NCBI GenBank assembly: GCA_963662435.1
Contig: OY759598.1
Span: forward strand, 3,318,507 to 3,382,506
Direction of reading: 5' to 3'
DNA length: 64,000 nt
Source: Dehalococcoidia bacterium
Lineage (GTDB): Bacteria; Chloroflexota; Dehalococcoidia; Lucifugimonadales; VXLM01
A program made the translations under genes and the position numbers. Under the pieces are notes generated by a model that saw nothing but the letters and a program-made list of their open reading frames with translations, was not told the origin of the DNA and made no database searches. Shown here in pieces: positions 38,545 to 49,214 of this stretch (positions are counted from its first letter, which is position 1; every line of letters begins with the position of its first letter).

Positions 38545-40005
38545 ATGACGACCACCGAGATCTCCCTGATGGCACACTTGATGCGGCGGGCCGGAATGGG
38601 CGCGACGCGGGACGAGTTGGAAGCGCTGGTTGAGAGGGGCTATGAGTCCGTCGTAGACGATCTGGTCCACCCGGAGCGCTTCTCGCGAGGTGACCCGGAC
38701 ATCATCCACCCCTATCTGCATGGCCCACTGCCGCAAGAGCCTTCCCCCGACGACAACGAGGACATCCTCCTGCGCTACTATCGCGGCATCGGAGCGCCTG
38801 GGGCATCGTCGCCGGGCAAGTGGATCTTCCACATGGTCAATTCCAAGCGGCCGCTGAAGGAGAAGATGGGCCTCTTCTGGCACCAGGTCTTCGCCTGCGC
38901 GCCTTCGAAGTCGGCCCATCCGAGGACGAACCGTCGCCAGCTGGAGATGTTCCGGCGCGTCGGCATGGCCGACTTCCGCACGGTCCTGCTGGAACTGTCG
39001 AGAGACCCATCGATGCTGTTCTGGCTCGACAACAATGAGAACCACAAGGACGAGCCGAATGAGAACTACGGCCGCGAGCTGCTCGAGCTGTTCTCGATGG
39101 GCGTCGGTAACTACACTGAGGAGGACGTCAAGAGCTCGGCGTACGCCTTCACGGGCTGGAGCTTTGTGCAACCCGCGCACGGCGCTGTGCCCTACGGTAA
39201 GTGGGCCACGCGGTTCGATTTTCGCGAGGCCGACCACGATTACGGCGAGAAGACGTTCCTGGGCGTGACCGGCCCGTTGGACGGCACGGACGTTATCGAT
39301 ACGGTAATCGACCAGCCCGCGACGGCTCGGTTCATAGCCCGGCACCTGTACAACTTCTTCGTAGCCGACGAGCCGCCCGTGGCCGCGTGGAACGAGATTC
39401 CGCCGTTGGACCCTGAGGCAATCGACACGCTTATGGCGGCCTACTTCGAGTCGGGAGGAAGCATCGCACACATGCTGCAGGTGCTCTTCAACTCCGATTT
39501 CTTCAAGAACGCGCGATTCGCCAAGGTGAAGAGTCCGACCGAGCTGGTGGGCGGCGTGCTCAAGCTCATCGGCACCTACCGCGAGGCGAATCCGGGCATA
39601 GACCACTACGCCGGGGCGACCGCACTCATGGGACAGCAGCTCATGGCGCCCCTCACAGTGGAGGGCTGGCAGACGGGTTCGGGCTGGATCAACGGCGGCA
39701 CACTGAACGAGCGCGTGAACTTCGCCGTCGAGGAGGTGTCCGATCCCGATAAGCCGGGCATTCGGGCAATCATCGACCGCCTGGGTCGTCGGAACGGCAG
39801 CACGCTGACGCCGGAAGAGCTCGTCGACGGGTGTCTCGAACTTGTCGGGCCGGTCGAGGTGGAGGAAGACACGCGGCAGGAACTCATCGCCGAGGCGGTA
39901 GCTGATGGCAACATAGTCTTCAACGGCAACCGTGCGGTGACCGACGAGCGCATCGTCAACATGCTTCAACTGATCGTATCGACCCGCGAATTCCAGTTCG
40001 GGTAG
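38545..40005 (+). CDS. DUF1800 family protein
   Basis: AHLMRRAG, LKEKMGLFWH, WLDN..N....PNENYGRELLELFSMG, AFTGW, KVKSP. Confidence 0.92.
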   Translation: MTTTEISLMAHLMRRAGMGATRDELEALVERGYESVVDDLVHPERFSRGDPDIIHPYLHGPLPQEPSPDDNEDILLRYYRGIGAPGASSPGKWIFHMVNSKRPLKEKMGLFWHQVFACAPSKSAHPRTNRRQLEMFRRVGMADFRTVLLELSRDPSMLFWLDNNENHKDEPNENYGRELLELFSMGVGNYTEEDVKSSAYAFTGWSFVQPAHGAVPYGKWATRFDFREADHDYGEKTFLGVTGPLDGTDVIDTVIDQPATARFIARHLYNFFVADEPPVAAWNEIPPLDPEAIDTLMAAYFESGGSIAHMLQVLFNSDFFKNARFAKVKSPTELVGGVLKLIGTYREANPGIDHYAGATALMGQQLMAPLTVEGWQTGSGWINGGTLNERVNFAVEEVSDPDKPGIRAIIDRLGRRNGSTLTPEELVDGCLELVGPVEVEEDTRQELIAEAVADGNIVFNGNRAVTDERIVNMLQLIVSTREFQFG

Positions 40006-40058
40006 ACGGGCGGCACCGTAAGTAGAATCGTAGGCGTTCTCACGAAAGGAGAACCGCA

Positions 40059-41192
40059 ATGACAACCGCAGAGCGTGATCCCGTACTGGTAATCGTACAG
40101 TTGGTCGGCGGGAACGACTTCATGAACACGGTAATTCCTTACACGAATCCGCTGTACCACGACATGCGTCCGGGACTGGCATTTTCCGAGAACGAGGTGC
40201 TGCCCATCGACGACACGCTTGCGTTCAATCCGCACGCCGGGCCGCTCAAGGAGATGTACGACGAGGGCAGGATGGCGGTCGTGCAGGGGGTCGGGTACCC
40301 AAACTCCAGCAGGTCGCACTTCCGCAGCACGTACATCTGGCAGACTTGCGAGCCTGACACTATCGCCACCGAGGGCTGGCTTGGGCAGGCCATAGGCGAG
40401 ATTGACCCCGACAGGGAGAATTCCCTCACGGGGGTCAACTTCGGACGCGGACTGCCGCAGTCGTTCGTGTCGAAGGGAGTGCCGGTAACGTCGGTAGCCG
40501 ACCTCGACAACTACGGCATCATGACGGGCATATCCGATCCCGATCGGCGAAGTTTGTCCCTGGAGCGGTTCAAGAACATGTACGCGCCGGTGGCGGGCAC
40601 TGGTCCGGTGATGGACTATCTATCGGAGACGGGCCAGGGCGTGCTCAGCGGGGCCGACGACCTCAAGAAGGCCCCGGCGAGATACAAGTCGGACGTGGAG
40701 TATGCCTCGAACCCGCTGGCCAAGAGCCTGCGCGACATTGCCCGCGTACACCTGGCGGACCTTGGCACGAGGGTCTTCCACACGAGTCACGGCGACTATG
40801 ACACGCACTCGCGGCAGGAGATGACGCACGAGAAAGACATGGTCGAGCTCTCACGTGGCATCGCCGATTTCTTCCAGGACCTCGAGGAGCACGATGCCGC
40901 GGACAACGTGCTCATGCTCGTCTGGACGGAGTTTGGGCGGAGGCTGGCGGACAACGGATCGGGGACCGACCACGGCTCCGGGGGCGGCGCGTTCCTGATC
41001 GGCAACATGGTGTCGGGCGGGATGTACGCCGAGTACCCGTCTTTGGAGCAGCCCAAGCTCGCGAACGGCGAGGACCTTGCTCACACCTACGACTTCCGTG
41101 GCCTCTACTCGACCATACTTGAACAGTACCTCGGCATGGACTCGAAGCCCATTGTGGGTGGCACGTTCGAGCAGCTCCCGGTGTTCAACTAG
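40059..41192 (+). CDS. DUF1501 family protein
   Basis: LVIVQLVGGND..NT, VGYPNSSRSHF, YDTH, TEFGRR..DNGSGTDHG, DFR. Confidence 0.92.
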   Translation: MTTAERDPVLVIVQLVGGNDFMNTVIPYTNPLYHDMRPGLAFSENEVLPIDDTLAFNPHAGPLKEMYDEGRMAVVQGVGYPNSSRSHFRSTYIWQTCEPDTIATEGWLGQAIGEIDPDRENSLTGVNFGRGLPQSFVSKGVPVTSVADLDNYGIMTGISDPDRRSLSLERFKNMYAPVAGTGPVMDYLSETGQGVLSGADDLKKAPARYKSDVEYASNPLAKSLRDIARVHLADLGTRVFHTSHGDYDTHSRQEMTHEKDMVELSRGIADFFQDLEEHDAADNVLMLVWTEFGRRLADNGSGTDHGSGGGAFLIGNMVSGGMYAEYPSLEQPKLANGEDLAHTYDFRGLYSTILEQYLGMDSKPIVGGTFEQLPVFN

Positions 41193-41204
41193 GCAAGTTA
41201 CGCT

Positions 41205-42500
41205 ATGAATAACACCACGCTCAGGAACATCGCTATCGTCGTGGGCGTAATCTTGTTCGTGCCGGCCTTTGTGATTTCCCCTGCGTTCGCGGTCGTCCTG
41301 GTCATCATTGTCGTCGGCGCGTGGTACGTGGTTACGCAGGTTGTCGGCAACTCCGAAGTAAGGGTGAAGAAGGAAGGGAAGACCGACCGGCTGTACAAGA
41401 TGTGGGTCCCGGTACGAGACGAGTTGACCGAAGTGGTGAGAATGGGTGGCAAGGTGACATCGGCCTCTTCGGTCTGGACTGCCGTGCCGAACCTCTACAA
41501 GCAGGAGACGCCCGCGACGTTTCATCAGGGGATGGAACGTTACGTGAACATGCGAGCAAAGGTCGCGGCCACGGTGGCCAACATGTCCAGCACGGAAGAA
41601 ATGTGGCAGCGACAGGAAATGGACCAGCAGGAACTGCTCTTCATGAGCAGGGAACTGCTTGAAGAGGCAAGGAAAGGCGTCAAATTCCTGTCGGGCCCCG
41701 GAACGGGGGTCCGTGACGTCGATGCCTCACGGGCGGCAGCCAACGCCCAACCGGCGAGAGCCGCTGCCACCGGATCGAGGGCGGCATCCGGTGTTGGGAA
41801 GCCACAGCCGAGCGCGGTAACCAGACCAGCTCGAACGCAGACTGCAGTAACCTCACGTTCCGTGCCTGCACCGCCTCGAATAACGGCCACCCCAGAGCCG
41901 TCGGAGCCGGTCGTAGCAGCTCCCACTCCTCGAGAGGCGGTACCCAGGCCAGAGACGGCTGCGGCACCTATGTCTTCTCCGGGAGTTGCGTCTGTGCCGG
42001 AGGCGGTGGAGGAAGCAAAGCTCCCTGAACCCGCGATTGAATCACCTCCGCCTGAACCTGCCGTTGTTGTGCCAACTCCCAGTGTGCAGGAGCCTGCCGC
42101 AGCTTCGAGCGAGCCGTCTTCCGACCTGCGACTCGACGTGGCGTCGGTGTGCGAGGAACTGTTCAATCCCAAGATGATGAGCTACGAGGCCAATCGTCTG
42201 TTCGAAGACAGGTATAAGGACGCGACCGTCCGATGGACGGGCACTTTGAGGCGGGCGAGCACCTATTCGTACGACTTCAACTTCGGGGACGGCGGCGGAA
42301 TGAAGGCGGAGTTTGATGTCTACGAAGTGAAGCAACAGTACGGGAGCCGTGCGGTCAGGGCGTTTGTGCAGCTGCCGGTCGAGGCCGCCGCTGACATCGG
42401 CGCGCGGGTCGGTGAGGAAATGCTGTTCGAGGGACGTCTGATGATCTGCGAGGGCTCCGCGAGACGCCTGTACGTTGCCGACGCCCACCTGGTGGGCTGA
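41205..42500 (+). CDS. Membrane-anchored protein with Pro-rich linker and OB-fold-like C-terminal domain, paralog 1
   Basis: Two N-terminal TM helices; C-terminus YKDATVRWTG...FEGRL. Confidence 0.75.
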   Translation: MNNTTLRNIAIVVGVILFVPAFVISPAFAVVLVIIVVGAWYVVTQVVGNSEVRVKKEGKTDRLYKMWVPVRDELTEVVRMGGKVTSASSVWTAVPNLYKQETPATFHQGMERYVNMRAKVAATVANMSSTEEMWQRQEMDQQELLFMSRELLEEARKGVKFLSGPGTGVRDVDASRAAANAQPARAAATGSRAASGVGKPQPSAVTRPARTQTAVTSRSVPAPPRITATPEPSEPVVAAPTPREAVPRPETAAAPMSSPGVASVPEAVEEAKLPEPAIESPPPEPAVVVPTPSVQEPAAASSEPSSDLRLDVASVCEELFNPKMMSYEANRLFEDRYKDATVRWTGTLRRASTYSYDFNFGDGGGMKAEFDVYEVKQQYGSRAVRAFVQLPVEAAADIGARVGEEMLFEGRLMICEGSARRLYVADAHLVG

Positions 42501-42658
42501 TCGGGAGAATCTCTTGTATCGCCTGAGAAGGGGGAGGTTACTGCAGCCACACACACCGCCGAGAGACAGGTGTCCCCGTGAAGCCGTAGGCGTGAAGTGA
42601 ATCAATGACGATCCGCCGGGCATCGAGTTCGTAGATGAGAAAGACCTCTGTATAACCG

Positions 42659-43969
42659 ATGATGAATCATAGTTATAGGACCATCATAATTGTCGCCGTC
42701 GTTTCCGGCGTCATCTTTCTCACGTTGATGTACAACCTCCTTTCCGAGGTGGCGGCGGTCATCATCGCAATCTTCTCCATAGTCTTCTCTATCGTGACTT
42801 TCGTGATATTGAGAAACGTCAACAAGCCTGAAGAACTTGTGGAGCAGTTCGGTGAGGCCGACATTCTGAACAGGATGTGGTACCCAATTCAGGATGAGTT
42901 AACGGACGTGGTGAATAGCGGGGGGCGAGTGACGGAGCCGGCATCGGCTTGGACCACCGCGCCGGGTCTCTCCAAGAGGGAGACCAACAGGAATTTCTTT
43001 TCAGGAATGCAGCGATACGTCATACAGCGAGAGCACGTTGCTTCGCTTGCCTCCGGCGACCTGGCGACTGAGGAGAGCCGCCAGGAATTGACGTCTGCGC
43101 AGGGGACATTGCTGTCCATGGCACAAGAGTTGATTGTGAAGGTCAACATGGCCATTGATGCGATCCCGGCCTCCAGGACGATAGTAAGAAGGACCGGACG
43201 TGCACGGCCACGACCTCAGACCCAGCGAACACGGTCTGCGAGCGCAAGACCTGCGCCTTCACGCCCAAGGCCGACTCCCACGAGGACTGCGGCTACTCCC
43301 AGGATGCAGAGCACACCTCAGCCAGCGTCTCGTCCTGCGCCATTGAGGCTCTCGGACGTGATGGAACCGCCGGTTGCACTGGTTGCACCACGTGCTCCCA
43401 GCGAACCGGAACCCGCACGGATGCCGAGTGCGCCTCCTAACCCGGTTCCGTCGGTCGCGTCCGCCCCGGAAATGGTGGAGGAATTCAGGCGCCCTGAACC
43501 CGTGGTACCTGCACCTCCGCCGGAAACAATTGGCACAACTTCCGCTCCCAAAGCGCCTGAGTCATCTGCCGCTTCGAGCAGGCCGCCTTCCGACCTGCCA
43601 CTCGACGTTGCGTCGGTGTGCGAGGAACTGTTCAGTCCCAAGCTGATGAGCTACCAGGCCAACAGGCTCTTTGACGAGCGGTACAAAGACGTTACGGTCC
43701 GATGGGCCGGTACAGCCCGTCGAGCAAGCACCTATTCGTACGACTTCAACTTCGGGGACGGCGGCGGAACGAAGGCGGAGTTGGACGTATACGAAGTGAA
43801 ACAGCAGTACGGCAGCCGCACGGTCAGGGCTTTCGTGCAGCTGCCGGTCGAAGCCGCCGACGATATCGGCGGACGCATAGGTGAGGACGTGCAGTTCGAG
43901 GGACGTCTGATGACCTGTGAGGGTTCCGCGAGACGCCTGTATATTGCCGACGCCCGAATAGTCGACTGA
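42659..43969 (+). CDS. Membrane-anchored protein, paralog 2
   Basis: Same architecture; C-terminal ~120 aa nearly identical to paralog 1. Confidence 0.75.
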   Translation: MMNHSYRTIIIVAVVSGVIFLTLMYNLLSEVAAVIIAIFSIVFSIVTFVILRNVNKPEELVEQFGEADILNRMWYPIQDELTDVVNSGGRVTEPASAWTTAPGLSKRETNRNFFSGMQRYVIQREHVASLASGDLATEESRQELTSAQGTLLSMAQELIVKVNMAIDAIPASRTIVRRTGRARPRPQTQRTRSASARPAPSRPRPTPTRTAATPRMQSTPQPASRPAPLRLSDVMEPPVALVAPRAPSEPEPARMPSAPPNPVPSVASAPEMVEEFRRPEPVVPAPPPETIGTTSAPKAPESSAASSRPPSDLPLDVASVCEELFSPKLMSYQANRLFDERYKDVTVRWAGTARRASTYSYDFNFGDGGGTKAELDVYEVKQQYGSRTVRAFVQLPVEAADDIGGRIGEDVQFEGRLMTCEGSARRLYIADARIVD

Positions 43970-44008
43970 TTCGCAGTTTCCGACGAGTCGCCCAAGAAGG
44001 AGAATTCG

Positions 44009-45049
44009 ATGCCACAGCCATACGCACTGTTGAGAGCGGGATTCCCGTACATGAAGACCGTCGGGGTCAAGGGCGTGATCGACGACCCCTTGGATGTTGC
44101 ATTCGGCGGTGACGGCCGTGTCTACGTGCTTGGCAGCGCGCCGATTCGCATTACCAACATTGATCACGAGGACCTCGGCACGATCGGCGATCGCTCATTC
44201 GGCGTCGACTACGGCAGCAACGGAGAAGCTATATCCGTGCCGGAAGGGGAACTCTTCATGCCGGTACAGGTGATCCTCGACCGTGAGGACAATCTCTATG
44301 TATCTGACGAGGCTTGTCACACGATCTCGATATTCTCCAAGGAGGGCGATTTCCTCGGTCGCTGGGGGGAGTACGGCACGGCGGAGGGCCAGCTGAACCG
44401 TCCTGCCGGGATTGTATTCGACGCGGACGAGAACCTCTACGTCGTCGATACGATGAACCACCGCGTCCAGCAGTTCACCAAGGGCGGACACTTCCTGAAG
44501 GCTTGGGGCAGTTTCGGCACCGGCGAGGGGGAATTCAATATGCCGTGGGGCGTGGCCCTCGACGATGACGGCGACGTGTACGTGTCCGACTGGCGCAACG
44601 ACAGGGTGCAGAAGTTCACGCCCGATGGCGAGTTCATCTTCGAGTTCGGCAAGTCGGGCACCGGCAGGGGAGAGTTCGTGCGCCCTGCCGGTATCGCCGT
44701 CGACCACGACTTCGATATCTACGTCTGCGATTGGGGCAACAATCGCATCCAGCTCTTCACCCCGGAGGGCAGGTACGTGCAGCAGTTCACGGGCGACGCG
44801 ACGCTGTCCGAGCCCGCCATCGCCGCCATGCGGACGCGATTGCGCACGGTCCGCCTTCGCACCATGGCTGATCTTGAGACGGAGAAGATGTTCCGCGGCC
44901 CTCGCTCAGTTCGCGTTGATGAGCACGGCCTCATGTGGGTGCCCGACTTCGAGTCGTACCGCCTGCAGGTCTACCGCAAGGAGGCCTTCCAGCTCGAACC
45001 TCATCAGCTCGCGCCGCCGCTGAAGGCTCCATCGCTGCAGCCGAATTAG
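44009..45049 (+). CDS. NHL-repeat beta-propeller protein
   Basis: Repeated G.G.GEF..P.G.A.D....YV.D..N.RVQ.F. Confidence 0.92.
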   Translation: MPQPYALLRAGFPYMKTVGVKGVIDDPLDVAFGGDGRVYVLGSAPIRITNIDHEDLGTIGDRSFGVDYGSNGEAISVPEGELFMPVQVILDREDNLYVSDEACHTISIFSKEGDFLGRWGEYGTAEGQLNRPAGIVFDADENLYVVDTMNHRVQQFTKGGHFLKAWGSFGTGEGEFNMPWGVALDDDGDVYVSDWRNDRVQKFTPDGEFIFEFGKSGTGRGEFVRPAGIAVDHDFDIYVCDWGNNRIQLFTPEGRYVQQFTGDATLSEPAIAAMRTRLRTVRLRTMADLETEKMFRGPRSVRVDEHGLMWVPDFESYRLQVYRKEAFQLEPHQLAPPLKAPSLQPN

Positions 45050-45087
45050 GTCTTCTGCAAAAGGGGGGCCCAAGGGGAAGATCGAAG

Positions 45088-45240
45088 CCGTTCGTGGTGA
45101 GCTTGTTGTCGAACTGTGAACGGTACTATCACCCTTCGACAGGCTCAGGGCGAACGTGCTTTTTCTTACCTGCGTTCCCCGTTACTGACACCCGGCATGG
45201 CCCCGTGCGCGGGGCGTAACGGTGCTCAGGGTGAACGGAA
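45088..45240. repeat. REP-like palindromic repeat cluster
   Basis: Same units as 17048-17340. Confidence 0.7.
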
Positions 45241-45373
45241 TGGTGTTGTTCGACACTACCGTATGACACACCCTGGAACACCTTACCTGTCCCACTGAGT
45301 CGCAATTGCTCGTATCAGCTTCGGCGGAGGCCTTCTCGACGTTGGGGAGTAGTCTCTGCTGGCGGTAGAGGCG

Positions 45374-45838
45374 CTAGTTGGATGGTCGAGCATTCGCCAG
45401 GTCGCGGGTAAGCTGGGCCTGGCCGTAGTGTTCGGCTGCGTGGCGGGCCACGACTATCAGCAGTTCGCGGCCGGATATGATCCCATAGTTGGCATGGTCC
45501 CGCTCCCGGTCCAGTTCGGTTGACGGCAATTCCTCAATGGCGTTGGAAATCTGCATCTTCAGCTTGTTCCAGTGCGCTACGATATCTGCGGATGAGGCGC
45601 CCGTAGCTACGAACTCGGAATCACGGTCGCGAGTGATGGGAAGGTCGCAGAGCACGTTGAGGCAGTTGAACCGAACGTTGCCCATCGTGTGGGTGGCCAG
45701 GACGTAGAGACTGTTGGCGTCGTCGAGAGGCTTCCAGTTCAGGGCGTCGCTGTCGAGGCCTTCGAGGCAGGCGACGAGTTCATCAACGGTGTTGCAGATC
45801 TTTTGCCAGTAGAGGTCGATCTCCTGGGGAATTGGCAT
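45374..45838 (-). CDS. DinB/DUF664-family protein
   Basis: NSLYVLATH, RDRDSEF, HAAEHYGQA. Confidence 0.85.
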   Translation of the reverse strand: MPIPQEIDLYWQKICNTVDELVACLEGLDSDALNWKPLDDANSLYVLATHTMGNVRFNCLNVLCDLPITRDRDSEFVATGASSADIVAHWNKLKMQISNAIEELPSTELDRERDHANYGIISGRELLIVVARHAAEHYGQAQLTRDLANARPSN

Positions 45839-46080
45839 GGTGTCCTCCTAATTGGATTGGGAACTGGTGAAACGATGGTATAGGTCGCACGCCTGGAAAT
45901 GGCCGGTGTAGGAGGCCCTGAGGCTTGTGCGCCTAAGGCGGATCGGATGCCGGCAACCTTAACGATGTTACATAGGGCCGTCAAGCGCCGCGAAGCTGCG
46001 GAGATGAAACTGGGGGTTTTGCGTCCAATACGACCTACCAGGCTGTGCTCCGCGACTTCGGGGCGCCGGATGGCACTGTT

Positions 46081-47739
46081 TCAACGCTCGGGGTCGAGGA
46101 TCGTGACGGTCGGGAGCACTCCGGGCTGGTCGCTGATGAGAAGTGTCTCCCCATCCACCGACGTGACGGTCATCTCGCGCTTGTACGTACCCGGCGGCAC
46201 AATCTCCCGCGTGGTCCTGGACGGCGTCCCTTCCGGAAGTGGGAAGGCGACCTCTGTGCCGGGATCGATGAGGGTGAACACCTCGGTGTGAGAGGCGGGG
46301 CCGGTGATTACCACGGTCACGGTCTCAACCGGTTTCGTGAATGTGCAGCCGGCCGTGTTTATGCCGTCAAACCCCGTTGGGATCGTGCCTCTATACTCAA
46401 ACTCGATGGGAAGTTGCGCGGCTCTCGTCATTCGACATGGACCCATTTCGAATGTGGTGGAGCCGGCAGCAAATGTTGCTGTCTGATCGTTGACGATGAC
46501 CGAGTACTGCTCTCCGGGAACGAAGTCGGAGCCTAGCGATATCTCAGTTATCACCGACGGGAGGTCAGCGGTGCAGGGGACCAACTGGCCTGGAGCGATC
46601 CTCAGGTGAGTGACATTCACCTCGATGGTGTCGTGTGACAGGCGCGAAATGTCGTATCCGTTGAAGACCGAGCAGGTGCTGCCCTGCGGCAGGACTGAAT
46701 GTACGTTGAGGGTATAGGCGAGCGGGTCCGTGTCCGACTTGATCACTTCGACGCTCTCGATTGGAGACGTCTCCGAGACCCATGAACCGGTCCGATCATC
46801 ACGGACCTTGAAGGAGTTCGTCACCACGCCGTTGACGATTACCGTGTAGCTCTCGCCGGGCGTCAGGTCGCGGCCCAGACTGATCTCGAACTCATGTGTG
46901 CGATATACCGCTATGCATGCGACCGGCCCGGACGGCTGGAGGTTGACTACGTTGACGACAAAGTTGGTTCCCTCCAGGTCCACTTGGTAGCCATCAAACA
47001 TGACACAGCCGCTGGGAAGACCTGAGACGATGCGCAGCGAGTATTCCTTCGGGTCGGGCTCCGATACGACGACATCTACACTCTCTATAGGTGCGAGCGT
47101 GAATACCATAGTCTCGCTTGTGGGTGTGGGTTCGCCGGGGTCCCCGCCCACCCGTACCAGCACCATGTCCACATGATGGGGCTTTTCGCGCGTGATGACC
47201 TCGTATGCCGTGTCGTTTATGAACGCAAGATCGTCGCCCTCCATGATTCTGACCTGGATGGAGTAGGTAAACCTCTCGTCAATGTCATCAGGGTCATACT
47301 CGATTTCGAAGCTGATGGGGACCTGCCCGGGGTCTCGGATTGTCAACTGCTCTATGGTGACTGATGGAGCGTCCTGTAGCGAAACATCGTTTAGCTTCAC
47401 TTCCACCACCGCGTTGGGTGACAGTGCGATCCGTTCGCGGTAGGTGATGGTACCCGTAACCCTGGAGGTCTCGGACTCCTCGGTGGCAGGTCCGGCGGTA
47501 GGAGACGGTTGAATTGGAGTCGCGGTTGGCGCCGGAACGGAGGTTGGCGTCGGCTGAGCAGGAGTCGCTGTCGGCGCAGGAATGGAGGTCGGCGTCGGTG
47601 GCTCAGGAGTCGCGGAAGGCGCCGGAACGGAAGTTGGCGCGACCTGCGTTGGCATCGAAGATGGGGTGTTTTCTGCGCAGGCAATGACGAATGCGAGAAG
47701 GAGGCAAATTGTGATGGTTCCAGCTATCGCGGCTCTCAA
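46081..47739 (-). CDS. Lipoprotein with a YbaY-like domain and repeated Cys-containing beta domains
   Basis: Lipobox IAC; VTGTITYRERIAL..DVSLQDAP..QVPISF; two similar LP.xC...C domains. Confidence 0.8.
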   Translation of the reverse strand: MRAAIAGTITICLLLAFVIACAENTPSSMPTQVAPTSVPAPSATPEPPTPTSIPAPTATPAQPTPTSVPAPTATPIQPSPTAGPATEESETSRVTGTITYRERIALSPNAVVEVKLNDVSLQDAPSVTIEQLTIRDPGQVPISFEIEYDPDDIDERFTYSIQVRIMEGDDLAFINDTAYEVITREKPHHVDMVLVRVGGDPGEPTPTSETMVFTLAPIESVDVVVSEPDPKEYSLRIVSGLPSGCVMFDGYQVDLEGTNFVVNVVNLQPSGPVACIAVYRTHEFEISLGRDLTPGESYTVIVNGVVTNSFKVRDDRTGSWVSETSPIESVEVIKSDTDPLAYTLNVHSVLPQGSTCSVFNGYDISRLSHDTIEVNVTHLRIAPGQLVPCTADLPSVITEISLGSDFVPGEQYSVIVNDQTATFAAGSTTFEMGPCRMTRAAQLPIEFEYRGTIPTGFDGINTAGCTFTKPVETVTVVITGPASHTEVFTLIDPGTEVAFPLPEGTPSRTTREIVPPGTYKREMTVTSVDGETLLISDQPGVLPTVTILDPER

Positions 47740-48017
47740 GTCGGGATCACCTCTTAGAGATATTTTGCGGCTCTATTCCGTATGACGAAATAGAGGGGAG
47801 ATTTGTTCCCCGCCAAGTTCCGGCGAAGCTGCGTCCACATCAACGGTCTCTTCCACGCCCTACCTGCTCCGGCCTGCTGCTTCCGGCCATTGAATGTTAC
47901 CCCAGGAGACCTCGGGAAGTGGCCGACTCAGCGGTTCCGCTCCTCGGCGTGTGCTATTGACCTCTCCTGTACCCGAATCCATAATGACCGCATCAGAGGG
48001 GAAGGGGGTACTCGATC

Positions 48018-49157
48018 ATGATTGAATGGCTCGGCATCAGCCACCTTTTCGAGCTTACCGGCATGGAAGCGGTTGCAGGGTTCTTCACCCCGCTGGCGAT
48101 CTTCTTCGTGTTCTTCGTGGCGCAGATTATTCTGCCGGCCAGGAGGGTCCCCGGCTACGTGATCAATCCCGAAACGGGAGAGCCCCGACAGTACCGGCTG
48201 AACGGCATCCTCGTGTTTGCGATCGCGCTCATCGTGTGGGCCCTCGATCTCACCGGCATGGGACGCGACTGGTTCTACCGGTCCTCCGTCTACGCCGTGG
48301 CGGGAGGAACGGTCTTCACCGCGATCTTTACGGTGCTTGCGGTGTACACGCAGCCGAAGACCGTGGAGAAGAACCCGATCGCCGAGTTGTGGACTGGGCG
48401 AGTGCAGGAGCTGATGTTCTTCAACAGCCGCTTCGACGTGAAGATGTACTTCTATGTCGTTGGCGGGACGATGCTTTCGCTCAACGCCCTATCCGGGGCC
48501 GCGTACCACTACGATCTCTTCGGCGATAACTCCAATCCGGGCGTGTTCCTGTACGCGGGGTTCTTCACCTTCTACATACTGGACTACTTCGTCTTCGAGC
48601 GCGTCCAGCTCTATACCTACGATCTTATCCACGAGAAGCTGGGCTTCGTGCTGTTCTGGGGAGGGCTTGTGGTCTACGGATGGCTGTTCATCCTCCCGTT
48701 GTGGGGGATGGCTGTACACCCGGACCCCGGGTATTCGACGACGGTGACGTACATCTGGCTCATAGGAACGGCTGCGCTGTTCCTGCTTGGGTGGAGCATA
48801 TCGCGCGGGGCGAATATGCAGAAGTACACCTTCAAGCGATGGCCCGACCGCAAGTTCCTGGCCATCATCGAGCCCGAGTACATCGAGGCCGGCGATCGCA
48901 AGATCCTGTGCAGTGGACTATGGGGTGTCGCCCGGCACTTCAACTACCTTGGAGAGGGGTTCCTCTCGCTGTCGATTGCCCTGGTATTCGGGCACTTCAC
49001 CAATCCCTGGGCGTGGGTCTACTTCGTCTTCATCGTCACGCTGTTCACTTTCCGCCAACGCGACGACGACAAGCACTGTGCGGAGAAGTACGGCGAGGAG
49101 AAGTGGGCGGAATACAAGGCACGGGTGAAGTACAGGATCTTCCCCGGCGTGTATTGA
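48018..49157 (+). CDS. ERG4/ERG24-family (sterol reductase-like) membrane protein
   Basis: YRLNG, TYDLIHEKLGFVLFWG, GANMQKYTFK, SGLWGVARHFNYLGE, DDKHCAEKYG..W..Y...VKYRIFP; promoter TTGACC-17-CATAAT at 47957-47985. Confidence 0.88.
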   Translation: MIEWLGISHLFELTGMEAVAGFFTPLAIFFVFFVAQIILPARRVPGYVINPETGEPRQYRLNGILVFAIALIVWALDLTGMGRDWFYRSSVYAVAGGTVFTAIFTVLAVYTQPKTVEKNPIAELWTGRVQELMFFNSRFDVKMYFYVVGGTMLSLNALSGAAYHYDLFGDNSNPGVFLYAGFFTFYILDYFVFERVQLYTYDLIHEKLGFVLFWGGLVVYGWLFILPLWGMAVHPDPGYSTTVTYIWLIGTAALFLLGWSISRGANMQKYTFKRWPDRKFLAIIEPEYIEAGDRKILCSGLWGVARHFNYLGEGFLSLSIALVFGHFTNPWAWVYFVFIVTLFTFRQRDDDKHCAEKYGEEKWAEYKARVKYRIFPGVY

Positions 49158-49214
49158 GAAGGGCGTCCATCGCGGGCAGTCGGCGTATCGAGACGACCTG
49201 ACAGCGCTAGGGTA

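Noticed and set aside
38512..40065. Long antisense ORFs (also 5800-6999, 25163-26401, 30963-32159, 57030-58175, 59836-60966)
   Set aside because: They are shadows of well-supported opposite-strand genes in GC-rich DNA and have no recognisable motifs.
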